NCBI GenBank assembly: GCA_024704765.1
Contig: JAKMXF010000323.1
Location: 1-64,000 of the forward strand
DNA length: 64,000 nt
Direction of reading: 5' to 3'
Origin: Oopsacas minuta
Lineage: Eukaryota; Animalia; Porifera
Position 1 is the first letter of the stretch. Each line of letters starts with the position of its first letter. Of the stretch, positions 1 to 12,234 are shown piece after piece. The position numbers and the translations under genes were made by a program. A model generated the notes under the pieces. That model saw only the letters and a program-made list of their open reading frames with translations, did not search any database and was not told where the DNA came from.

Positions 1-2345
1 AACTGAAGTAATATAGTTTGTATACTACTCTTTCATAATTCTGTGTGTAGATATTTGATATTGTGTGTAATTAGTATGTATAGTTGAAATCTACAGTTAC
101 ATTGTGTTTCAAAGTGAACTGAAGTAATTTACTTCGTATAGTAGTCTTTCACAATTCTGTGTGTAGATATTTGATATTGTGTGTAACTAGTTTATATAGT
201 TGAAATCTACAGTTACATTGTGTTTCAAAGTGAACTGAAGTAATTTACTTTGTATAGTAGTCTTTCACAATTCTGTGTGTAGATATTTGATATTGTGTGT
301 AACTAGTTTGTATAGTTGAAATCTACAGTTACATTGTGTTTCAAAGTGAACTGAAGTAATTTACTTCGTATAGTAGTCTTTCACAATTCTGTGTGTAGAT
401 ATTTGATATTGTGTGTAACTAGTTTGTGTAGTTGAAATCAACAGTTACATTGTGTTTCAAAGTGAACTGAAGTAATTTACTTCGTATAGTAGTCTTTCAC
501 AATTCTGTGTGTAGATATTTGATATTGTGTGTAACTAGTTTGTGTAGTTGAAATCAACAGTTACATTGTGTTTCAAAGTGAACTGAAGTAATTTACTTCG
601 TATAGTAGTCTTTCACAATTCTGTGTGTAGATATTTGATAATGTGTGTAACTAGTTTATATAGTTGAAATCAACAGTTACATTGTGTTTCAAAGTGAACT
701 GAAGTAATTTACTTCGTATAGTAGTCTTTCACAATTCTGTGTGTAGATATTTGATATTGTGTGTAACTAGTTTGTATAGTTGAAATCAACAGTTACATTG
801 TGTTTCAAAGTGAACTGAAGTAATTACTTTGTATAGTAGTCTTTCACAATTCTGTGTGTAGATATTTGATAATGTGTGTAACTAGTTTGTATAGTTGAAA
901 TCAACAGTTACATTGTGTTTCAAAGTGAACTGAAGTAATTTACTTCGTATAGTAGTCTTTCACAATTCTGTGTGTAGATATTTGATATTGTGTGTAACTA
1001 GTTTGTAAGTTGAAATCAACAGTTACATTGTGTTTCAAAGTGAACTGAAGTAATTTACTTCGTATAGTAGTCTTTCACATTCTGTGTGTAGATATTTGAT
1101 ATTGTGTGTAACTAGTTTGTATAGTTGAAATCTACAGTTACATTGTGTTTCAAAGTGAACTGAAGTAATTTACTTCGTATAGTAGTCTTTCACAATTCTG
1201 TGTGTAGATATTTGATATTGTGTGTAACTAGTTTATATAGTTGAAATCAACAGTTACATTGTGTTTCAAAGTGAACTGAAGTAATTTACTTCGTATAGTA
1301 GTCTTTCACAATTCTGTGTGTAGATATTTGATATTGTGTGTAACTAGTTTGTATAGTTCATATCTACAGTTACTTTGTGATTCAAGTTGAACTGAAGAAA
1401 TATAGTTTGTATAGTTGTCTTTCACAATAGTGTGTGTCGATATTTGATATTGTGTGTAACTAGTTTATGTAGTTGAAATCTACAGTTACATTGTGTTTCA
1501 AAGTGAACTGAAGTAATTTACTTTGTATAGTAGTCTTCCACCATTCTGTGTGTCGATTTTGATATTGTGTATAATTAGTATGTATAGTTGAAATCTACAG
1601 TTACTTTGTGATTCAACGTGAACTGAAGTAATTTCCTTCGTATAGTAGTCTTTCACAATTCTGTGTGTAGATATTTGATATTGTGTGTAACTAGTTTGTG
1701 TAGTTGAAATCAACAGTTACATTGTGTTTCAAAGTGAACTGAAGTAATTTACTTCGTATAGTAGTCTTTCACAATTCTGTGTGTCGATTTTTGATATCGT
1801 GTGTAACTAGTTTGTGTAGTTGAAATCAACAGTTACAATGTGTTTCAAAGTAAACTGAAGTAATTTACTTCGTATACTAGTCTTTCACAATTCGGTGTTT
1901 AGATATTTGGTATTGTGTGCAACTAGTTTGTATAGTTGAAATTTACAGTTGCTTTGTGTTTCAAAGTGAACAGAAGTAATATACCTTATATACTACCCTT
2001 TCATATTTCTATGTGTAGATATTTGATATTGTGTGTAACTAGCTAGTATTGTTGAAATCTACAGTTTCTTTGTGTTCCAATTCCAAACTGAAGTAATATA
2101 CTTTGTATAGTACTCTTTCACTATTCTTTGCGTAGATATTGGACATCGTGTGTAACTGGTTTTTATAGTGTGTATCTTGCTTCTCTTTGTGTCTCAAATG
2201 TAAACTGAAGTAATACACTTTGTACAGTACTCTTTCTCAATTCTGTGTGTAGATTTTGGACTTTGTATGTAACTTGTTTGTATGGTTTAGATCTTTTGTC
2301 TTTTTGTGTTCCAATTTAAGCAGTAGTTGCATACTTATTAAGTAC
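1..2345. repeat. 116-bp tandem satellite, about 20 copies (left segment; runs off the window start)
   Basis: The motif AACTGAAGTAAT recurs at 1, 117, 233, 349 and onward (period 116). Units are near-identical from about 117 to 1320 and diverge progressively toward 2345. Confidence 0.97.
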
Positions 2346-2871
2346 TGTTGCTTAGATTAGTGAGGCACGTAGAGTATTGTGTCACTGTATACATAGACCA
2401 TGCATGAATATCTACTGTAGAATATTGAGGCACGGTAACAGAGGGAGAAACTATTTACAGAATATGTAGTTGTCATTATGCGGCTTTCTTTTATTCATAG
2501 TATTTACTTATTTTAATCATGACTTGATAATATACTTGTTTTTGACAGCACTTACGTGTTCAGTGAAACCTCATTAATTATTATTCCAAACACAGTCAAT
2601 ACGAATCTCCTGGTTAGCAAGCAAGTAATTTTCCATAATTTGGTCTTTCAATTCTTTCCAACTGATTTCACAATGGTTAATACAAACTTCGGATAAGATA
2701 AAGGAATTTTGATGGTTTCTGACGTTCACATTAGTGAAGGTTATACTGGAATGAACAAATTTTAACTTGTTATTACACGGTTAGAATACAATCTTGCAAT
2801 TTATGATATTACTCTACTAACACACAAAAACACCTGTTACTAGCACAAAATAATGACTAATTGTATTTTTT

Positions 2872-3552
2872 TCATTCTTGTATATTTGTTGATTCTTCTG
2901 AAGTTTCGTCATAAGTAGGTGTGGAACTCTCAATCATAGAAGTGACCGGCTCATAATGATTACAATAATTACAAATGTAAAGTGCGGTTCTTGGTTTCTT
3001 AGAGCCTCTGAGCAAACTCCAGCAAACTTCCCGAGTTAAGTTGCCTTGATTTCCATAGCAGTTGTTTGCAACATATACATCGACGTCAAGAATATTAGAC
3101 AATGCTATTATTTCCACATCACTACCCCAAGTTCCTTCTTGAGACACAAGATGTTCATTCATGAAGTATTTACAAGGATTTGTTAATTTCTGTTTAAAAT
3201 ATCAACCAATTCTAGTTACTCCCTCACTGGCGATAAAGTATGCAATCGTAGAGCGAATTTCTAAGTGACTTGTCTGGTCACCAGTTAATATTTTAGAAAT
3301 ACACCGGAAAAGACAGTTCCCATCACCGACTATTCTTTCAGTTTCCCATGGTGTATATTTACTGAGTGATAATCCGGCTAGGTTTTGTGGTCGCTTGATG
3401 CTGGATATAAACACCAGTCCCAGAAACTTGTATTTATCACGAAGCCATTCTTCATTGACCACAGATATGATTGGACTTGAATCAGATAAAGGGATATAGG
3501 TAGAGATGTTTTCTGGGAATGTTTGCCACAACATCAAATTTATGTACTCCAT
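2872..3552 (-). pseudogene. OTU-family cysteine protease (deubiquitinase-like) domain of the Ginger1 element
   Basis: Cys loop VGDGNCLFR (Cys codon 3313-3315), WGSDVEIIAL, and His loop NHYEPV. The two listed ORFs are in one frame, separated by a single TGA (3202-3204) plus 13 sense codons. Confidence 0.88.
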
Positions 3553-4502
3553 TGCCTAAACAGATTATCATTATAATTATGACAATATGGATGTATATAC
3601 TCTATGCTAAATGCAAATTTGGATCAACTTACTAGAAGGAACACTACTTTGTGTGTGTATTTGGCAACTTGGGTGTTTGTAAAATGAGGATATAACTCTG
3701 TCGTCCAATTGAGTATGTGTCAGTAATGTCTCTCTTCTATAATTCAATAAAATCATTAATTTTGATTCCACTCTATTGGGAATAATATACATATTTTCAT
3801 GATTAAAAGTATTCAAAAAATAAAAATAGTATTGGCATCGCTGTATTGTAATAAGACAATCATATGTATATTACTTCACTAAACATGTATCAAACTTCTC
3901 TTGTTGCTCAATACTAATGAATTCATATACAGAATGTTCAAGAGAAAGAACTACAATGTGTATATGTCATTGTTATATCATTTATTATGTGTATTTCACT
4001 AACAATAGATTTGAGCAAACACTATAACTTCGTGTAATTATACAAATACCAAGAAATCAAACTTACTATTTCGTATTCTTTGCAATCGAGTAGGAACTCA
4101 AACAGGAGAGTATTGCAGGTATAGGTGTGGAATACGTTGAGATTTTTATGAAGTTCCTCATGCAGTGGTGTCATGTAGGTGTGTCGCTCAATATTTTGTT
4201 TCAAAACTATCTAAAGTTAGATTAGAAATGGGTAAAATATATTCAAACACAAGTCCGGGGAGGCAATACAAGTGGTGGAACAAATGCCTAGTCGCATCTG
4301 CAAGGCCAGATTAAACTCTTGATTTTTTCATATTTCATACTAAACCTATTCGGAACTCTTTAATTATTTAGTGAGGATCTACGGAATACAAATGTACAAA
4401 CCCTGAAATTATTAAGCTGATGAAGTATTCTTTCTCTAGAAAATTCATAAAGTTTTCGTTGCAACACCTAAAGTATATAAGTAATTGTGATAATTTCAGG
4501 AT

Positions 4503-6468
4503 TTATACAATAAACGCGTATACCTTGGAAGGAATGTCATTAATTTCTATTTGGTTAGCTTGTCTGAGGGATTTTGGTTTTCGTTCTGTATACAAACGAA
4601 CGAGGTCAATTGGTATGTTTTTGTTTCTCTTAGCTCCTGAAATATTTTCACAAATAGTAATGTAGCTCTCAGTAACTTTACAGACTGTATGAGGCCCAAA
4701 AAAATTTGGTTTATTTTTCGTGTTTGGCAACCGTTTAATTTGCTCATGTTTGTGTAAATAATCCTATCACCTTTCTTTATTGAAGACCTAAATTTAATGG
4801 GTTATATATAGCACTAATATCAAGAAATTATAGGAAAGCTCACCCCTTGGTATTGACTTTTTTTATCATATTGCAGTTTTTGTCTGAGTTGTTCAGAATG
4901 GATATCCTTTGCAGCTGATTTGAATCGTGTGTCTCGAGTCTCATAGATACAGCATAATTCTTCTCCTGGCTCAGAACATGGCGGGGAAAATTCATCTTGA
5001 TCGTCTATATAGTCATTTTCTGACTGCTGCGATAGAATTTCTCTAAATATAGCGTCTTCATGTTCAAAGTCTTCTATAGGATCAATAGCCAGGTTTGGAT
5101 ATGTAGACAACAAATCCACATGTTTTGACTCCCGTCCCCACATTGTATTAAAAGGAGTTTGTCCATGTGACTTCTTCTTTGTAGAATTCATAGTGAGACA
5201 TGCGAGCTTGAGTAATTGGGACCAGTGATTGCCTGTCTGGAGTTCCATCTTTGCTAACTTCCTAAGATCAATAAGTAATAGTTATTCAATATCTTTATTA
5301 CACTGAATAACTTGCCGATCTAATCTGCGGAATTATAACTTACGTTTTCAAGATTTTATTGTGTGCCTCTACCAAACCGTTAGCCATAGGATGATAAGTC
5401 TAGTACTACGGTTGTCAATGTGTAGTTTGCAATGGAATTCCTGAAACATCTAAAGAAAATATATTAATTAATTAAGCAATTTCAGATATATTAAGTTCTA
5501 ATATCACTTGCACTGCTTGTAAACTCCGGGCCTTTGTCATGTTGAATAATATCCGGTAATCCCATTGTAGCATAGATATCTTGAAGATTTTGAATAACTT
5601 CTTCAGAAGGTTTCCTCTTAAGGGGTCTTACAACTACGAACTTGCTTAAGTAGCAAACTGTGACAAGAATATGCTTAAATACTTCGGAACTCACAGGGAG
5701 GTCACAAATCAAGTCCATGCCCAAGTGTTTCCATGTTCTAGAAGGAGGTTGAATGGGTTGAAGTTTCTTGGTTGATTTAGGAATAGTTGCTGTCATTAGG
5801 CATATCTTACAAGAAGCCACCTAGTATATTAAATATTCAATGAATATCAAATTATGTACTCTGAATTTAAGAAAAAGGATTTTAGGGTAGCATACAAGTT
5901 TCTCAAACTCTCAATAATAACAAAATATTCATAGTAATAATAATAATATTCCTTGAATTTCGGAATTATTGAGAATGAACTGTACCCAAGTAAGTTACTT
6001 ACATAATCAATGATATGTGTATATAAGCCTTTCCATGTATATTGTTGTTGTATGGAAACAACAGTGGCATTGATTCCAGGGTGACCAACTTGATCATCAT
6101 GTTATTTTATTATATCATCCCTCTCCGTTTCTAACGGGACTTCCAAATCAATTGTTGAACCATTGATGTCCACTTTCTATATAATTGTTCATATGATATT
6201 GCATCAATAACTTAAATATTTATATACAGTAGTGTTCGCCTATTTGCAAGCATATTTTCAGCAAGGCGCCACTTGCCATTTGGCGAATACAACTATAGAT
6301 TATAAATAATATTTGAGGTTTTACCTTGTAGAGTGTGTTATCTTCACCGAGAAAATATCGTGAAACTTTTCTTCTAAAATTCCATCTTTTTGCAGAGGAA
6401 ACTCCGTCAGGTTCAGGATATGTTCCAACTTTTAAAAACTTTACAATTTCCTCATAAAATACTTCCAT
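4503..6468 (-). pseudogene. Ginger1 integrase/transposase, multi-exon, with stop and frameshifts
   Basis: Exon 6468-6325 (GTYPE...KRWNFRRK). Exon 6176-6003 (*HDDQVGHPGINAT...YTWKG, stop at 6102-6104) joins 5820 onward (VASCKIC) to give the H2C2 zinc finger. Catalytic motifs LGMDLI, IQHDKGPEF and YHPMANGLVE (about 5450-5343, frameshifted). C-terminal part MNSTKKKSHGQTPF; GPY/F-like PNFFGPHTV near 4700. Confidence 0.88.
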
Positions 6469-6714
6469 CTTTATTGTTACTTGAAAATTATTTACAATTT
6501 ATATGCGAATTCGAGAAAGCTATCTTGGTCACAAATGTGTCAAGTCATTATTACGTAAATGCTACAAATAAACCACATACTGATAACTACATATTCTGTA
6601 TATAGTTTCTCCTTCTGTTACCGTGCCTCAATATTCTACAGTAGATATTCATCCATGGTCTATGTATACAGTGCCTCAATATTCTACGTGCCTCACTAAT
6701 CTATGCAACAGTAC

Positions 6715-7555
6715 TCTTTCACAATTCTGTGTGTTGAAATTCTATACAGAGTTTGACATTATCGTATAGTTCAAAGCATCAGTCTCTTTGTGGTCAATGT
6801 GAACTGATGTAATATACTTTGTATAGTACTATTTCACAATACTGTGTGTTGAAATTGGAAACAGAGTTTGATATTAACGTATAGTTCAAATCTTCAGTCT
6901 CTTTGTGTTTCAATGTAAACTGATGTAATTTACTTTGTATAGTACTCTTTCACAATTCTGTATGTAGAAATTTGACATTTAGTTTAACTTGTTTGTATAG
7001 TTTAAATCAATAGTCTCTTTGTATTCCAATGTAAACTGAAGTAATATAGTTTATATAGTGTTCTTTCACAATTCTGTGTGTTGAAATTGGAAACAGAGTT
7101 AGACATTATTGTATAGTTCAAATCTACAGTCTCTTTGTGTTTCAATGCAAACTGAAGTAATATAGTTTATATAGTACTCTTTCACAATTCTGTCTGTTCA
7201 ACTTGGAAATGACATTGACATGTTTGTATAGTTTATATCTTCAGTGTCATTTTGTTTCAATGTTAACTGAAGTTTTATACTTTCTATTGTCCTCTTTCAT
7301 AATACTGTTTGTTGAAATTTGATATTGATTTTAACATGTTTGTATAGTTTCAGTGTTCAGTGTCTGTTTGCCTCAATGTAATCTGAAGGATTATACTTTG
7401 TTTAGTACTCTTTCACAATTCTGTGTGTCGAAATTTGAAATTGACTTTGACATGTTTCTACAGTTTATCAATTCAGGTGCTGTTCCCTTCAATGTTAACT
7501 GAAGGATTATACATTCTATATTACTCTGTCACAATTCTCTGTGTTTAAATTTGAA
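6715..7555. repeat. Degenerate right-hand continuation of the 116-bp satellite, about 7 copies
   Basis: The CACAATTCTGTGTG motif recurs at 115-116 bp spacing (6722, 6837, 6953, 7069 and onward). It resumes in register directly after the Ginger TSD. Confidence 0.92.
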
Positions 7556-9141
7556 ACTGGTGATTCCTGGGTCGATTTATTATGAAATACAAAATATTTC
7601 ATTATGTGAGACTATTTGGAATCTATATACAGGTGTCACCACCAGAGATTCAAGAATGAACTTTGGCGATGATGTCATAAGGACGGTGTCAAACAATACG
7701 AGTTAGTTATCATTGAAGTTCCTTAGTTAGGCTTGATTTACACTACGCAGATAATTCATTGATACATCTATTTTTGATATTCCTCTATAGGCTTTCTAAA
7801 TTAATTGTGCTTAACTCACAGCGTCCCTTTCGGTGCGAATAACTTTAGCAGCTCTCAGCTCTAATTTGGCAAAGTGCAACTGTATGCTTTAATTATGTGA
7901 GCGCCACATAATAAGTTGACCCTTCGGATGCGGCTTTTATTAGGATCAAGAATTAGTTAGATCCGATGCACCAATTAGGTACCTGATTTGAGTATCCAAA
8001 TGCATTACATAATCTCTGAAATTCTGGATGTATCATAATGATATTGACTAATGTTTTTACACATATATATTATCATTAATTTTGTAATACTTAGTAATAC
8101 ATTAGTGCAATGCTAATCGCACTTATTTTTCACTGCCGGACACTTATTTATCTGTTTGGCATTACCAGAAATTATTTGCCATTCATTCAGAGTATAAATG
8201 TAGACAATTAGGCATGCACCGGATTCTAGATCCGGATTCGGTGTATTCCTATTTTTATTATGCTTTACTTACGTTATTACTCTGTTAGGTATCTCAATTA
8301 TATAATACAGTCACTTTATATGAAATACATGCCATCCATGATATTAAACGAAATCAAGCCGTTATTAGTCAGTTATGAATATAGTCCCTACATAAATTTA
8401 TTTGCCTATAGACACCAAAGACAGTGAAAATTCCAAATGTGGAACAAAGGTTATTATGGCAGATGAAATTTGGCCTATATAATTTTATCCCGCTGTGAGA
8501 GTAACACTTCTGTGGCTATATGTGTCCGTGACCCGAGTTTTCCGGTTTAATTACTGGGGAGAGGATTATTGGTGCTGATTCCCATCTTTACACGTGCATA
8601 ACTAAATTTTAAATCTTCACGTTTGATCTTTTGTTCAGTATAAAGCTCTGAGAATTTTTTATCTCCCTGCACCATTCTTATTTTGGCTAATACTTGTGTA
8701 CAGAGAGCAATGTTTATATATTTTTGAAATTTTACTTTTTTCAAAAATCATACAGCCCTGCACATACCTGCCAACTTCTGTGATACACATCCCTAAACAG
8801 GGCGTAGATCCCGAGGGAATGCTCCATACAATCATTCGCCCACTTTTTGGGTGTGGGATGCTGCATACATATATCCCCCTACTTTTTGTGGTAGGTATAC
8901 CCCCCATATGGGTCAGAGGATACTCTAGAGGACTATATTCCGAGTGCTTTTAAGGCAAATCTTTGTTATAATTATATCAATAGAATTCTATAATTGGAGT
9001 ATTTGTAACAGAACTATAATATTATATATATTTATATTTTTATATCATTTTACAGTTGTAGATAGCCTTGTGTACTTCTGACACCACAATTACTAAATCT
9101 TGAATTTATACCTTTATTCATAGTCTATATTATTCATTACA

Positions 9142-9146
9142 ATTGT

Positions 9147-9181
<35 letters not shown>

Positions 9182-9199
9182 TTGTCCGTTGTCAAGGAA
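9142..9199 (+). repeat. (TGTC)n microsatellite in a short dispersed repeat; related copies at 47092-47142 and, inverted, about 32565-32600
   Basis: Shared flanks CAATTGTTGTCT...TTTGTCCGTTG..AAGGAA at 9142 and 47092. Confidence 0.7.
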
Positions 9200-10258
9200 A
9201 GGATTTACAGTTTGCAATTTTGAAATTATTGTATAACTATGTATTTATCGTGTTTATCAAGGAAATAAATTGAATTCATTAAATTTCACTAAATATATCG
9301 AAAATGTTGAATCCGATTTTCTCCCTTTTGGATTAATCAGATGTAAATTTGTTGTTGTTTTTATGAATATAAAGTAAACAAATTTCAATATTGAGGTAGA
9401 GTCATACCTTCAACGACTATACTGGCAATTTATTTATTTCTTACTAGGATAATCGAGGATGCTGTGTCTGGATATTGTAAACAACATCAATATTCTTTAA
9501 TCTCAATTGTTGTTTGTCCATTGAATACCTTGAGGCGCAATCTTCCGAGTTCATCATGAAGCGACAAGCTAAAGCCTCGTTAGAGTATAATGCATCACCC
9601 CCCCCCACTTTTTCGAACGGATATACGCCAATGTCTCTTGACACAGTGCACAAATTCCAAACTTTGTATAACTCACCTCGGCCGCTAGTTCAAAATATTT
9701 ATTACCCTAAGTATTTGTAGTATGACTAAGTTTTTATTATTGTCGGCAGTGATGTTTTGCAAAATTACAAAGTGAGGGACGCTCCCTATTCAATATGAAC
9801 CTTTTCTTTGAAAACATTGGTGTAAATAGTGTCACCAAATTGTTTCCCTTCACCCAATTGTTTCACTTAATATCGGACCAATTTTGTTTCCTCATTTGGT
9901 GTTTTCAAGATCTGGAGCCGTACTAACTACGGATTTCCTTACTGGATCTGTAATTCAATTATACTTGACAATACTTGTTAAAATTAATCACCTTGAATGG
10001 AGATGGACGCTGAATACGTATATTATTTAACTATTGTCATTTAACCACGCATTGTTGATTATAAATTAATAGAATTTTCTTCTTACACTGACATATATAC
10101 CATTATCACCATTCTAATACAATCAGAATATGTACAAATGTATTCCACCTACTCAGAGTGAATTTCTTCTCGATATATATTTGAATATTAGTTGTATTAT
10201 ATGTTGACTGCGTATTATCGTACAAGTATTCTTTATTGATTTCACTGTTTAGCAAGAA

Positions 10259-11191
10259 ATGATATGTTCTGTAAGATTTTTGTCCTTTCGTCCACCTTAT
10301 TTTTTCACTACTTATGCTGTTAGAAGCATATCAATCTTTCGAGGATCTATTCTCAGAACTCCATTGACATGTGATAACTTGAATTCTAATGTTAAAAAAG
10401 TAGAGTATGCAGTTAGAGGCCCAATCCCGACCAGAGCATTACAGATTGAGTCTGAATTGATCTCCCATCCTGAATCTTTCCAGTTTGACAAACTAATTTA
10501 TGTAAACATTGGTGACCCACAGAACTTAGGACAATGTCCACTTACATTTCCACGCCAACTTCTTGCTTTATGTGCATATCCCGCATTGATATCTAAAAAT
10601 TCTACTCTATTCCCTAGTGATGTATTGCAAAGAGCAAGGAATATTCTTGATTCTACTGGCAGCTTTGGAGGCTACTCCCATTCTCTTGGTTTTTCTTTTG
10701 TTAGAAAGAGTATTGCTAATTTTATCTTAAAGCGTGATCATATTCGTTCTGATTCAACTATTATCCTGAGTGATGGCGCTAGCAAGATTATTAATGTATT
10801 ATTATCTTGTTTGAGTAGTAATACTGCGTCTCTTCCGACTGGAGTTATGATACCTATCCCACAATATCCACTTTATACAGCTTCATTATCTTATTTGGGT
10901 CTATTCCCTATTCCATATTATTTACACGAAGATTCTTGCTGGGGTTTTTCTATAGATGATTTATCAACCACCCTTAAGAATCATACAGATCTTAGTTTAC
11001 CAACAGCTTTTGTTGTAATTAATCCGGGAAACCCTACTGGTCAATGTTTAGACGCTAGCCAACAACTAAAAATTTTAAGATTTTGTTATGACAACAATTT
11101 ATTGTTGCTTGCTGATGAAGTATATCAAGATAATATTTATGATAAGGATGTTAAATGGACATCTTTCAGGAAAGTTTTGTTGGATAACAAG
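10259..11191 (+). CDS. GPT: Alanine aminotransferase, exon 1 (311 codons)
   Basis: Class I aminotransferase/ALT motifs: EYAVRGPI, NIGDPQ, GGYSHSLG, IPIPQYPLY, VINPGNPTGQ, LADEVYQDN. Splice donor AAG|GTATAT at 11191/11192. Confidence 0.95.
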
Positions 11192-12234
11192 GTATATTGG
11201 ATTTCACTATCGAATTATTATAACGTAGTCGTTAATTTGTGCTAAATATTTTGGAATTTACTGGTTCACAGGTACATTATACAATTGTACTGCCAGAATT
11301 TTGAATTTAATATTATTTACTTAACTAATTCCCTGTTAGACCTATCAACTCGGTAAGATACTACACCTCACATCCACGGTTCATGCCACAAATTTAGTAG
11401 ATACCCTTGTTTGCCCAACGTCACTTATGGCAGAGCGTTTCAGCTATTTTCCAGGTTTGACATGACCTAATCTATAAATATTTCAAAATTATTTTTGCTA
11501 GAACAGGTCTTAACCGATCACGGCTAAAGTTTCAGGCTCGTAATGAAAGGAGCAATAAATTTTAACTAATTCCAGTATTAATATTTACCTTTTTTGTATT
11601 ACAGTATTGAAAATACAAGTATCCTTAGATAATCTAAATCTGCGTGCAAACTATTCGCACTTAGATTCATCTAACTAAATTACTGACAAAATGAGACATT
11701 TCCATTGATAAGTATGAAATCAGAGTCTTATCTTACCCTAGTCTAGCCGTTGGGAGGAACTCGCTACCATAATTTTAAATTCACTCAAAAGGTGTGAAGA
11801 TATTATTATCAGTCATTGAAATAACAATGAATTTGAATACATCTCTCTGCCGATCTGATCACAGCCTCAAATTATGTTGTTGTTTATGTATTCAATATTA
11901 TCGCAGTAGTTTAACAGATCAATGTTGGAATTAGATAAATCAAATTGTAGAGTTTCCTGGCATACAGTGTGACCAAATGAAAATGTGGATTTTGATATTC
12001 TTGTTATTTCGCTTGTTATAACGCAACCATGTGTTCTAAAGTCCATTCCACTCGTATTCGTAGATATATCTCATTTCTATACATCTACTCTTTAAATTAT
12101 TTCTAACAATGCCGATGTATTTTCATTCCAACTATTGTAAAAGCTAAATTGCATATAATATTTGATATTTTTTGTTGTTTTCTTCGAAAAATTTTCTCAT
12201 ATCATTTGAATTTCAGATCGAACTAGCTATAAAT

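Larger units (their letters stand above)
2346..6710 (-). mobile_element. Ginger1 DNA transposon (Gypsy-like integrase plus OTU domain), 4365 bp, non-functional copy
   Basis: About 110-bp terminal inverted repeats (2346-2454 / 6602-6710) with TGTTGC...GCAACA ends. Perfect 4-bp TSD GTAC (2342-2345, 6711-6714). Internal spliced integrase and OTU coding remnants. TGT/ACA ends, a 4-bp TSD, introns and a C-terminal OTU are described Ginger1 hallmarks. Confidence 0.9.

Noticed and set aside
1-2345. CRISPR-like periodicity and the ORF at 1498-1713
   Set aside because: The whole 116-bp unit repeats with no unique spacers, the context is eukaryotic, and no cas genes are present. The ORF is a chance open frame in the satellite.
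7800-7950. GC-richer patch with TTCGG loops as a possible structured RNA or ribozyme
   Set aside because: No tRNA, rRNA, snRNA or hammerhead consensus could be matched by eye. It would need an Infernal/Rfam search.
11192-11245. Last 17 aa of the listed 328-aa ORF (VYWISL...NLC)
   Set aside because: ALT similarity stops at the AAG|GT donor; this is read-through into the intron. Likewise, the TTG at 33500 is not a real start.
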